A DNA stretch of 64,000 nt, from assembly GCA_041690395.1 (NCBI GenBank), contig JAWLHJ010000006.1, positions 38,530 through 102,529 on the forward strand, written 5' to 3'. Shown here in pieces: positions 17,686 to 27,272 of this stretch. A program made the translations under genes and the position numbers. Below the pieces are notes generated by a model that worked only from the letters and a program-made list of their open reading frames with translations, did no database searches and was not told where the DNA came from. How positions within the stretch are numbered: position 1 is the stretch's first letter; the number at the start of each line of letters is the position of its first letter. This DNA comes from Longimicrobiales bacterium. GTDB taxonomy: Bacteria; Gemmatimonadota; Gemmatimonadetes; Longimicrobiales; Gaopeijiaceae.

Positions 17686-18140
17686 CTCAGGGCGGGAACG
17701 ACCGGGATCTTCAACGGGACTTCGAGGCGCTTCGGGAACGGGTAGAGGGTTCGGGGAGGATCCCGGATTTCGCGGCCATGATGGCCCGCGCCCGTGCGGA
17801 CGCCGCAGGCCTCGGGGAGGACGCAGCCCCGGCACCGGAATCCGGGCGATCGGGCTCGGGAGTCGGGACCCGGCGGAGTCCCTGGGTCCGGTGGGCGCCT
17901 CTGGCGGCGGCCGCCGTCGCGGCGGGGGTGCTCCTGATCGGAGGGCCGGGAACGAGCGCCGACGCCGAATTCGAGCGGCTGGTCGCGGACTACAGCTCCA
18001 CGATCGCGCCCACGGCACGACAGTCGCCTACCGCATCCCTGATGAACATTCCGGGCATCGACCTCGGTGCCGTGCCATCCTTCGGCGCATACTCGAGGGG
18101 TGTCCCCAGCTCCAATGAAGCTCAGGAGAGGAATCGATGA
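17682..18140 (+). CDS. Single-TM putative anti-sigma factor
   Basis: Coupled to ECF sigma; WVRWAPLAAAAVAAGVLLIG TM. Confidence 0.65.
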   Translation: MTQGGNDRDLQRDFEALRERVEGSGRIPDFAAMMARARADAAGLGEDAAPAPESGRSGSGVGTRRSPWVRWAPLAAAAVAAGVLLIGGPGTSADAEFERLVADYSSTIAPTARQSPTASLMNIPGIDLGAVPSFGAYSRGVPSSNEAQERNR

Positions 18141-18577
18141 CGACCCTGCGGACCCTCGTGCTCTGCGGAGCGATCCTGGGCCTCGCGGCGCCCGCCTCGG
18201 CTCAGGAGCGGCCGGCGGCCGTCCAGGAAGACCCCCTGTTCCAGACGCTCTTCCCGCCCGAGCTGATCATGCAGCACCGGCGAGCGATCGGGTTGAACGA
18301 CGAGCAGCGCGACGCGATCAGTCGGCTGATCTCCGACCTCCAGGGTCGGGTGCTCGGCCTCCAGTGGGAGCTGATGGCGGAGGTGGAGGAGCTGGCGGCG
18401 GTCACCAGTCCCCCGCGCGTCGACCTGGACCGCGCGGCGGATCAGATGAACGCGGTGCTCGACACCGAACGTGCGGTGAAGCAGGCCCATCTGGAGATGC
18501 TGGTGCGCATCAAGAATCTCCTCACGCGGGAACAGCAGGAGATCCTCACGTCCCTGCGGGCAGGCGGAGAGGGCTGA
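18137..18577 (+). CDS. Spy/CpxP-like periplasmic protein
   Basis: Signal peptide; IGLNDEQ and LLTREQQ (LTxxQ) motifs. Confidence 0.8.
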   Translation: MTTLRTLVLCGAILGLAAPASAQERPAAVQEDPLFQTLFPPELIMQHRRAIGLNDEQRDAISRLISDLQGRVLGLQWELMAEVEELAAVTSPPRVDLDRAADQMNAVLDTERAVKQAHLEMLVRIKNLLTREQQEILTSLRAGGEG

Positions 18578-18598
18578 ACCCCGCCGCCGCGCCGCGCC

Positions 18599-19240
18599 TC
18601 AATTCATGCGGGGCCACCACGCCACGCCGAGGTTGAAACGCGCGGACGTGGCATCGACGTCGAATCCGGATGCGGACACGTTGTCCACCCGCAGCGTCGT
18701 GAACTCGCCGCCCGTCCAGAGGAGCTGGGCGTCGAGCGAGAACGCCTCCGAAAGGTGGACCGCCAACCCGCCTCCCAGGGTGAGCCCGCCGCCCGACAGC
18801 TCGACCTCGTTCCTCTGGACCCCATCGACCATGGGATCTTCGACCGTGACCGCGCGGAAGGTGAACGCCGCCTGCGCATAAGGCACCCAACGCCGCAGCG
18901 TGCTCGCGAAGTGATACCGGACACCGAGATCCACGTGCCCCAGCCGCCAGTCGCCCTCGACGTCCCCGGACACCTGGTCGTCGAACTGGGCGCCGTCCAA
19001 CTGGGCGAACAGCATGAAGTTTCGGTTGAAGCCGTACCCGACCGAGAGACCACCGCCAGCGGCCCCGTTGCTGTCCTCCCCCTCGACCGTGAGCGATGCG
19101 CCCGAGAGGTGGAAGCCGAGGCTGAGTCCGCGCGTCGTGGAAGACTGGGCCAGCGCCCCGGCCGGCACCGTCAGGAGGACGAGGACCGCGGCAAGATGGA
19201 GCGCATGGATGGGTCTCAAGGTGTGCCTCCGACCGCGCAA
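18599..19240 (-). CDS. Outer-membrane beta-barrel protein
   Basis: Signal peptide, amphipathic strands, terminal ARFNLGVAWW. Confidence 0.75.
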   Translation of the reverse strand: MRGRRHTLRPIHALHLAAVLVLLTVPAGALAQSSTTRGLSLGFHLSGASLTVEGEDSNGAAGGGLSVGYGFNRNFMLFAQLDGAQFDDQVSGDVEGDWRLGHVDLGVRYHFASTLRRWVPYAQAAFTFRAVTVEDPMVDGVQRNEVELSGGGLTLGGGLAVHLSEAFSLDAQLLWTGGEFTTLRVDNVSASGFDVDATSARFNLGVAWWPRMN

Positions 19241-19332
19241 ACGGCGGTTCGATGTTCGATACGTGGGAAGGCAGGGCCGCGGCAGCGCGCCGCGACCCCG
19301 CCCGTGAGCTTACTGGACTCTACCCGCGACTG

Positions 19333-20439
19333 CTACAGGACGAAGCCCAGGAGGACGATCGCTCCGACCGGTCTCACCAGGTCCTCGACCAGGTGGAAAA
19401 CGTCTTCCACCACCTTCACGATGCCGTGGAGGAGCGCGATCTCGGTCAGGGTCAGCGCCTCGCCGGAGGAATCCGTGACGACGGGATCAGCCGCCGGCCC
19501 CCGCACGAGCGCGAACGGGGCCCCGTTCACCAGGACGACCCCGTCGAGCACGCCGTCCGCACCGCTCATCTCCACGCCGATGTGGTCGGCGCCGCTCCGG
19601 ATATCCAGCTCGACGTCGCCCTGACCCTCCTCGTCCTCCTCGACCCCGCGCACGTGACCCACGACGGTGAGATCGTGGTCGGGCACCCCGAGCTCGAAGT
19701 CGAGGTCGATCTGTCCCCCTGCGTCGGAGCCCTCCGCCGCCAGCGCGATATCGAACTCGAGCCTCGTCCCGTCACCGATGAGGAAGCCCGCGACCGTCAA
19801 CGCCGCGCTGGTCGCGTCGTGGTCGAGCGTCGTCCTGTAGTCGAGCAGGGTCTCCGCGTGTTGCACTACCTGCAACCGCAGGACGATGTCCTCCACGCTC
19901 CCGTCGCCCTCGTCCACCAGGTCCGCGTACCCGACCTCCTGGCCGGGGATGGGCTTCCCGTAGGCGTCCACCTCGTACAGGATGAACCGGACCCCGGTGG
20001 CGGGCGCGCCCTCGAGCGTCAGGTCCGGCCGGTACTCGTCCACTTCGGGGTCGTAGACGAACGTCGAACCGCGGTGCCATCCCGAGATGATCGGTCCCGC
20101 AGCGGGGGCCGCCGAAGCAGCGGACGCGGCCGCACCCATCCGGCGCGCCAGGTCCAGCGCGAATGCGCGGCCCCCGAGGTCCGCTTCGGCCGGCGTCATC
20201 GCCGCCACCGTCCCGATCACGGCCTCCGATGCTCCGAACGGCGTCCGGCCGGCGAGAGCGCGGAAGCCCGACAGGTCGTCGCTTCCCATCGCGGAGCGCA
20301 TCGCCTCGATTCCCTCACGGGCCGCTTCACCGTCGAGCTCTGCGGACATCTCCGGACTCATGCCCGGGTCGCACGCCGCGGCGGTCAGCGTGAGCGCGGC
20401 GACCGCGATCGCGCGCGCCGGGGTATTCCTGCGCATCAT
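19333..20439 (-). CDS. Hypothetical lipoprotein
   Basis: ATG 20439 with GGAGGGG RBS; lipobox AAAC. Confidence 0.7.
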   Translation of the reverse strand: MMRRNTPARAIAVAALTLTAAACDPGMSPEMSAELDGEAAREGIEAMRSAMGSDDLSGFRALAGRTPFGASEAVIGTVAAMTPAEADLGGRAFALDLARRMGAAASAASAAPAAGPIISGWHRGSTFVYDPEVDEYRPDLTLEGAPATGVRFILYEVDAYGKPIPGQEVGYADLVDEGDGSVEDIVLRLQVVQHAETLLDYRTTLDHDATSAALTVAGFLIGDGTRLEFDIALAAEGSDAGGQIDLDFELGVPDHDLTVVGHVRGVEEDEEGQGDVELDIRSGADHIGVEMSGADGVLDGVVLVNGAPFALVRGPAADPVVTDSSGEALTLTEIALLHGIVKVVEDVFHLVEDLVRPVGAIVLLGFVL

Positions 20440-20571
20440 CCTCCCCTCCAGTCTCGGTTGTCTGCCCATACTTCGTTCGCAGATGGGTGACATGAGGACG
20501 CGATTCATATGACGCGCCGGGGGTGGACATGCTTCGGCGCCCGCCGCGGTATCGCGGACGGGCGCCGAATG

Positions 20572-20938
<367 letters not shown>

Positions 20939-21066
20939 TTTGATAGAACCCCCGGGAGTGGCGCGAAGGTCCCGGGAGGACGCTACCTTGGGAGCGGCCG
21001 CGCCGGGTGGAGCCGATCCGGCCGACCGTCGACGTCTTCCGGCCCGTGACTCGCGCCCCCGACCCG

Positions 21067-21786
21067 ATGCCCCAGTCCCCGCCCCAGCAGGCCTCTGCGA
21101 TGGGTGTGCTCGCGCGGGTCGTCAGCACCGGCGCATTCCTGATCGTCGGGCTGTGGGCCGCCCTCTTCTGGATGGAGGCCGAGAAGGAGATCCGGGTGCT
21201 CTGTGACACATTCACGCCGGGCACGCCGCTCGAGTCCGTGCGCGCCACGCTGGAGACCGGACGCTACCTCCGATCCCGTCTCGTCCTCGACGATGCGGGA
21301 GACCGGCTGGTCATCGACAGCGCCCGGAACCTCGGGCAGGCGACGTGCGTGTTGAGGCTGGACGGGGAGCGTGTGCTGGAGAGCCGGTATGCGAGGGCGT
21401 TCGACCTGCCGCGAATGGCCATGCTCACGGCCGTCCCGTTGCTCCTCGGGATGGCACTACTGCAGCTGGCGCTCGCCCTGGGCGCCCCGTTCGGGATGTT
21501 CGCATGGGGCGGAAAGCACGCGAGGCTCCCGACGCGCCTCCGCCGAACGAGCGCGGTGGCGGTCGTCGTCTTCGCCGCGGCCACCGTGGTGGTCCTGGGG
21601 GCGCGGGGGATCGTAGGTTCCATCGATCCCGGCACATTGGAAGCCCTGCTCTGGGGGCTGGTCGCCCTCTTCGGCCTCAGCACGCTCGCCAACAGCGCCT
21701 CCGGACGTCTCGTCGAGCGCTTGACCGGAACGCCGGTCGCCTTCCTCCTGTGTATCTCCTGCGCCGTGCTGGCGCTCTCGTTCTGA
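21067..21786 (+). CDS. Membrane protein, hypothetical
   Basis: About five TM helices; ALALGAPFG..AWGG motif; start uncertain. Confidence 0.65.
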   Translation: MPQSPPQQASAMGVLARVVSTGAFLIVGLWAALFWMEAEKEIRVLCDTFTPGTPLESVRATLETGRYLRSRLVLDDAGDRLVIDSARNLGQATCVLRLDGERVLESRYARAFDLPRMAMLTAVPLLLGMALLQLALALGAPFGMFAWGGKHARLPTRLRRTSAVAVVVFAAATVVVLGARGIVGSIDPGTLEALLWGLVALFGLSTLANSASGRLVERLTGTPVAFLLCISCAVLALSF

Positions 21787-21799
21787 AGGAGCTCCGTCC

Positions 21800-22366
21800 A
21801 TGCTGTTGGTCCGTCGCGCTCTCGCCGCCTTCGTCGTCCTGCTCGCCCTGGGCGGGCCCGTGGTCCTCGCCGAGCCCGCCGCCGGGCAGACCGCGCACTC
21901 CGCGCACCCGGACCACTCCGAGCCCACGGTCGTCTACCTCGTGCGGCACGCCGAGCGCGCGGAGGACGGCACGAACGACCCACCGATCTCCGACGCCGGC
22001 GAGGCCAGGGCACACCTCCTCGCGGAGATACTGCGGGACACCGGGATCGAGCGGGTTCATTCGACCGACTACAAGCGCACCCGGGCCACGGCCGCACCGT
22101 TGGCCCGGCGGCTCGGGCTCCCGGTGGAGACGTACGAAGGGAGCGACCTCGCTGGGCTCGCGGAGCGGATCCGCGCCGACGGAGGGCGTCACCTCGTCGT
22201 GGGCCACAGCAACACGACGCCGGACGCGGTCGCCGCGCTGGGGGGCGAGCCCGGCCCGCCCATCGACGAGATGGAGTACGACCGCCTCTATGTGGTCACG
22301 CTGACCCGGGACGGGGCGTCGACGGTCCTCCTGCGGTTCGGCGCCCTCTCCTCCCCGCCCGGCTGA
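21800..22366 (+). CDS. Exported histidine phosphatase (SixA/PGM family)
   Basis: Signal peptide; LVRHAE, RTRAT, VVGHSNT. Confidence 0.88.
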   Translation: MLLVRRALAAFVVLLALGGPVVLAEPAAGQTAHSAHPDHSEPTVVYLVRHAERAEDGTNDPPISDAGEARAHLLAEILRDTGIERVHSTDYKRTRATAAPLARRLGLPVETYEGSDLAGLAERIRADGGRHLVVGHSNTTPDAVAALGGEPGPPIDEMEYDRLYVVTLTRDGASTVLLRFGALSSPPG

Positions 22367-22399
22367 GCGGAAGAGGCGCTCGATGACCGGCGGGACGGC

Positions 22400-23866
22400 A
22401 TGAGCTGGGACGTGGTCGTGGTCGGCGCCGGGCCCAACGGTCTGGCCGCCGCGATCACGCTGGCGCGTGAGGGGCTCCGGACGCTGCTCCTCGAGGCGAA
22501 CGATCAGGTGGGCGGCGCCGCCCGCACGGAGCGGCTCACGCTTCCGGGCTTCCACCACGACGTTGGATCGGCGGTGTATCCCATGGGCGTGGCGTCGCCC
22601 TTCTTCCGGAGCCTGGCCCTGGAGGAGCACGGACTCGAATGGGTCCATCCGGACATCACGCTGGCACACCCGCTGGAAGGGGCCCGCGCGGTCACGCTGC
22701 ACCGCGACCTGGAGGAGACCGCGCGACGCCTCGAGGGGGCGGGGCCGGACTATCTCCGGCTCATGAAGCCGATCGTGGAGCGTTGGCCGACGCTCGCCGA
22801 GCATGTGCTCGACACCCCGTTCCGGATCCCGAGCGCGCCGGTCCTGATGGCCCGCTTCGGGTTGCGGGCGCTCAGGCCGACGGTAGCGCTCGCCGACCGT
22901 CTCCCGGGGGAGGAGGCCAAGGCGCTTCTCGCCGGTAACGCCGCGCACTCCGGCGCGCCGCTCGACACCATTCCACCCTCGGGCGTGGGGCTGGTCCTGA
23001 TGGCCGCGGGGCACGCGGTCGGTTGGCCCATGCCACGCGGCGGCGCCGGACGCATCACCGGCGCGATGGAACGCTGCTTCCTGGAGCTGGGCGGCACCGT
23101 CGAGACCGGCCACCGGGTGGCCCGGCTCGAGGAGCTTCCCCCGGCCCGAGCGGTCGTCCTCGCGTTGACCCCGGCCCAGATCGCTCGGATCGGCGGCGAC
23201 GCTCTTCCGGCCCGCTACCGGCAGCGCCTCACGCGCTGGAGCTACGGGCCAGGCGCGTTCAAGGTCGACTGGGCGCTGGACGCGCCGATCCCCTGGGCGG
23301 CCGAAGCCTGCCGTCGGGCGGGGACGATCCACGTCGGTGGCGGGCTCGACGAGATCGCCCGAGCGGAGCGGACGGTGTGGGATGGGCAGCCGTCCGAGCG
23401 GCCCTTCGTGCTGGTCGCCCAGCCGTCGCTCCACGACGAGACGAGGGCCCCGCGCGGCCGCCACACGGCCTGGGCGTACTGCCACGTCCCGAACGGATGG
23501 CCCGGCGACGCCACCCAGGCGATCGAGGCCCAGATCGAGCGGTTCGCCCCGGGCTTCCGCGACGTCGTTCTCGACCGGGTCGCGCACGGGCCCCGGGCGC
23601 TCGAGACATGGAACGCGAACCTCGTCGGCGGAGACGTGAACGGCGGCGCCATGACACCCTCGCAGTGGTTCGGGCCAGACCGCTGGAAGGGTCCGTGGTC
23701 GACCCCCGTCGAGGCTCTGTACGTGTGCTCGGCGGCCACTCCTCCCGGTGGCGGTGTACACGGCATGTGCGGATACCACGCGGCGCGGACGGCCCTCCGT
23801 GACACGTTCGGCATTCGGGTTCCGCGCGTGCCCGCCCCGCGGGACGTTTCCGGATCGGGTGCGTGA
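22400..23866 (+). CDS. Phytoene desaturase-family FAD oxidoreductase
   Basis: GAGPNGL Rossmann motif; TPPGGGVHGMCG. Confidence 0.88.
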   Translation: MSWDVVVVGAGPNGLAAAITLAREGLRTLLLEANDQVGGAARTERLTLPGFHHDVGSAVYPMGVASPFFRSLALEEHGLEWVHPDITLAHPLEGARAVTLHRDLEETARRLEGAGPDYLRLMKPIVERWPTLAEHVLDTPFRIPSAPVLMARFGLRALRPTVALADRLPGEEAKALLAGNAAHSGAPLDTIPPSGVGLVLMAAGHAVGWPMPRGGAGRITGAMERCFLELGGTVETGHRVARLEELPPARAVVLALTPAQIARIGGDALPARYRQRLTRWSYGPGAFKVDWALDAPIPWAAEACRRAGTIHVGGGLDEIARAERTVWDGQPSERPFVLVAQPSLHDETRAPRGRHTAWAYCHVPNGWPGDATQAIEAQIERFAPGFRDVVLDRVAHGPRALETWNANLVGGDVNGGAMTPSQWFGPDRWKGPWSTPVEALYVCSAATPPGGGVHGMCGYHAARTALRDTFGIRVPRVPAPRDVSGSGA

Positions 23867-23925
23867 CCCTACCGTAGTGCGCCCCCCGATGCGCCATCCT
23901 GACCCATAGCCACACGCTCGACCCT

Positions 23926-26265
23926 GTGGAGGCATTCATCGATACCAGCGAGACGTCCCCGGCCCGGAGTGCCCTGACGCTGGCCCTCTTCACGGCGGCG
24001 ATCGGGGTGGCGGCCGCGCTGCTCTTCGTCGTCCAGCCTATGGTCGGCAAGATGATCCTGCCGCGCGGCGGCGGGAGCCCGCAGGTCTGGATCACGGCGA
24101 TGGTGTTCTTCCAGGCGGCCCTGTTGGCGGGGTACGCCTACGCCCACTTCAGCGTCAGGCTGCTCGGCCCACGGCGGCAGATCGTCGCACACGCGGTGGT
24201 CCTGGCGCTCCCGGTGCTCGTCCTGCCGATCGCGCTCCCGGACCTGCCGCGCCCGGACGGCTCGGGCCCGTCGCTCTGGATCCTCACCCTCCTCACGCTC
24301 GGCGTGGGCGGACCGTTCTTCGTGCTCGCCTCGGCCAGCCCGCTCCTCCAGAGCTGGTTTTCGTCGACCAGCCATCACTCGGCGCGAGATCCGTACTTCC
24401 TGTACGCGAGCAGCAACGCGGGCAGCCTGCTCGGCCTGCTCGTGTACCCGTTCCTGGTCGAGCCGCTCCTGCCGCTGAGCGTCCAGTCGCGCTCGTGGGC
24501 CGTGGGGTACGGTATCTTCGCGCTGCTGGCGATCGGGTGCGCGGCCGTGGCGCTGCGCGCGGAGCGCTTCCGCTCGAGGGAGGACGCGCCACCCCCGCCC
24601 CCGCCGGACGCCGCCGCGCTCGACCCGACGACATCCACCGCGGTCGCGCCCGACGGACGCGACCGGCTGTTCTGGGTGGCCGCGGCCGCCATCCCGTCCG
24701 CCCTCCTCATGGGCGTGACCCATTTCCTCACCAGCCGGATCGCGCCCGTCCCGCTTCTCTGGGTCCTCCCGCTCGCGCTCTACCTGGTCACCTTCATCGT
24801 GGCCTTCGCGCGCTACCGGACGGTGTCGACCGAGCGCGTGTCGCGGATCGTCGCGATCCTGGGCGTCTTCCTGGCACTGGCGCTGCTGGCCCGTCTGGGC
24901 GAGCCGACATGGCTCATCGTCCTCCTGCACCTGAGCATGCTGACGGCGGGCGCGCTCCTCTGCCACCAGCGTCTGGCCGAGCGGCGACCGGACCCGGCGC
25001 ACCTCACCGAGTTCTATCTCCTGATCTCGCTCGGAGGCGTGATCGGCGGAGCGTTCAGCGCGCTGGTGGCGCCGGTGGCGTTCAACGACATCGCCGAGTA
25101 TCCCATCGCGGTGGCGCTCGTGGCGCTCCTCCGGCTCCCGATGCGGAGCGGGCGCACGCGGGCCGGACAGGCACCGGACGACGAGGCGGGCGAGGGAAGT
25201 CGCGGCCGCGCGAGCCGTGCCGCGATCCCGGCCCCGTCGCGCCGCAAGAAGCTCCTCGACCTGGCGCTCCCGGCCGCCCTCGGCCTCTACCTGCTGCTCG
25301 GCGACCGCTTCCTGGCGCCGCTCGAGGAGATCCCGGACGGGCTCGTGGTCGTGCTGCTCGCGTTCGTCCCGGCGGTGATCGTGTTCACGTTCGCCACCCG
25401 GCCCATCCGCTACGCCCTCGGCCTCTCGCTCCTCTTCCTGTCGGCCAACTCGGGGCAGATGTACCGCGGCAGCGTGCTGCACCAGGACCGCACGTTCTTC
25501 GGGGTGTACAGCGTGACCACGGATCCCCAGGAAACGCTGGTCATGCTCTACCACGGAGCCACCGCGCACGGGATCCAGAGCCGGGACCCGGCGCTCGCCG
25601 GGGAGCCGCTGGCCTACTACCACCGGAGCGGGCCCGCCGGAAGCATCGTCGCGGCCCTCGCCCAGCGCCCGGACAAGCGGGAGATCGCCCTCGTGGGCGC
25701 GGGCACCGGGGCGCTGACGGCGCTCGCCGGTCCGCACCAGAGGGTCACCCTGTACGAGATCGACCCGGTCGTGATCGAGATCGCCGAGGACCCGCGCTAC
25801 TTCACGTTCCTCCGGGATGCCCGGGCGGAGTACGAGACGGTCATCGCCGACGGCCGGATCGCGCTGCAGGAGACGGACCGCCGCTTCGACCTGATCGTGC
25901 TCGACGCGTTCACGGGCGGCTCGATCCCGGTGCACCTGATGACACGCGAGGCAGTCCAGCTGTACCTCGAGCGGCTCCAGCCCCGGGGGGCGCTCCTGTT
26001 CCACGTCTCGAACCGGCATCTCGCGCTCGCGCCGGTGCTGGCCGGCCACGCACGCGATCTGGGGCTGATGGCGTACGAGCGGGTCGACGCCCGCACGGAC
26101 GTGGAGGAGGGCGTGTTCGGATCGCACTGGGTGATCCTGGTGCGGAGCCCGGAAGACCTGGCGGGCATCCCCGACACGGGGTGGCGCGAGCTCCGGGCCG
26201 GCCCGGACACGCCGACCTGGACCGACGACTTCTCGAACCTGCTGTCGGTACAGCGCTGGTTCTAG
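23926..26265 (+). CDS. Fused membrane / spermidine synthase-like protein
   Basis: Multi-TM N-terminus; VGAGTG, YEIDP, DGR, LDAF, WTDDFSN. Confidence 0.88.
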   Translation: MEAFIDTSETSPARSALTLALFTAAIGVAAALLFVVQPMVGKMILPRGGGSPQVWITAMVFFQAALLAGYAYAHFSVRLLGPRRQIVAHAVVLALPVLVLPIALPDLPRPDGSGPSLWILTLLTLGVGGPFFVLASASPLLQSWFSSTSHHSARDPYFLYASSNAGSLLGLLVYPFLVEPLLPLSVQSRSWAVGYGIFALLAIGCAAVALRAERFRSREDAPPPPPPDAAALDPTTSTAVAPDGRDRLFWVAAAAIPSALLMGVTHFLTSRIAPVPLLWVLPLALYLVTFIVAFARYRTVSTERVSRIVAILGVFLALALLARLGEPTWLIVLLHLSMLTAGALLCHQRLAERRPDPAHLTEFYLLISLGGVIGGAFSALVAPVAFNDIAEYPIAVALVALLRLPMRSGRTRAGQAPDDEAGEGSRGRASRAAIPAPSRRKKLLDLALPAALGLYLLLGDRFLAPLEEIPDGLVVVLLAFVPAVIVFTFATRPIRYALGLSLLFLSANSGQMYRGSVLHQDRTFFGVYSVTTDPQETLVMLYHGATAHGIQSRDPALAGEPLAYYHRSGPAGSIVAALAQRPDKREIALVGAGTGALTALAGPHQRVTLYEIDPVVIEIAEDPRYFTFLRDARAEYETVIADGRIALQETDRRFDLIVLDAFTGGSIPVHLMTREAVQLYLERLQPRGALLFHVSNRHLALAPVLAGHARDLGLMAYERVDARTDVEEGVFGSHWVILVRSPEDLAGIPDTGWRELRAGPDTPTWTDDFSNLLSVQRWF

Positions 26266-27272
26266 AACCGCGCGCTCGCGTGGACGGCCCCGTCCTTCCC
26301 CACCAGCAGCCCCTCGGCGCCGGGCACCCGGTCCAACAGCTCCAGACCCGCCTCCGGTCCCAGCACAAGCAGGGCCGTCGACAGCGCGTCGGCGTCCATG
26401 GCGGTTTCGGCCACGACGGTCACCGCACTCGTATGGGTCGGGGAGCGCCCGGTCCTCGGGTCGAGGATGTGGTGATGACGGCGATCCAGCGTGAACGCCT
26501 GCATGTAGTCACCCGACGTCGCCACCGCCTGGCCCGCGAGCCGGACGCGACCGACCGGGCGCGCGGGGTCGTCGGGGTGCTGGACGGCGATGCTCCACGG
26601 CTCGTCCGCCACGCCCGCGCCGCCCGACGCGATGTCCCCCCCGGCGTCGACCATGACGCGCTCGGCGTCGGTCGCCGCCAGGACCGCCACCGTCCGGTCC
26701 ACCACGTATCCCTTGGCGATGCCGTCGAGGGTCAGCGCGCTGCCGGGCCGGGTCAGTCGGACCGCGCGCCCCTCGATCTCGACCGCGTCGAGCCCGACCA
26801 GGGCGACGGCCCGGGCCACGTCGGCATCCGTGGGAAGCGCGCCCCGTTCCGCGTGCCGCTCGAACAGGCGCAGCAGCGGGAGCACGGTCGGGTCGAACGC
26901 GCCGCCGCTGAGGTCGTGGATCTCGAGGGCGCGAGCCAGGACCTCGAGGAGCTCGCCGGGCGCGTCGTCGAGCGTCCCGAGTGTGTTCAGGCGCGCCATG
27001 GGCGTCCCGGATGCGTGCCGGCTCAGGACCGCCTCGAGCCGCTCGATCTCGGCGAACGCCCCGCTTACCATGCCGCGCGCCGCCTCGGCGTCCGCGTGCA
27101 CGGCCGTGATGGTGACGAGCGTCCCCAGGCGCGGCCGCGTGTCGGTCACCCGGTGCAGCCCCGCGCGTCGGAGCACCTCCCGCGTCAGCACACCCCCGAG
27201 GGCGAGCGCCGCCCCACCCACCGCGGTGATCCGGAGGGCCTCCCTCCGCGTGATCTTCCTGGGCTCAGACAC
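26262..27272 (-). CDS. apbE: FAD:protein FMN transferase
   Basis: Tat-like TRREAL; FDPTV, GIAKGY, ATSGDY, HILDPRTG, ADALST. Confidence 0.9.
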   Translation of the reverse strand: MSEPRKITRREALRITAVGGAALALGGVLTREVLRRAGLHRVTDTRPRLGTLVTITAVHADAEAARGMVSGAFAEIERLEAVLSRHASGTPMARLNTLGTLDDAPGELLEVLARALEIHDLSGGAFDPTVLPLLRLFERHAERGALPTDADVARAVALVGLDAVEIEGRAVRLTRPGSALTLDGIAKGYVVDRTVAVLAATDAERVMVDAGGDIASGGAGVADEPWSIAVQHPDDPARPVGRVRLAGQAVATSGDYMQAFTLDRRHHHILDPRTGRSPTHTSAVTVVAETAMDADALSTALLVLGPEAGLELLDRVPGAEGLLVGKDGAVHASARF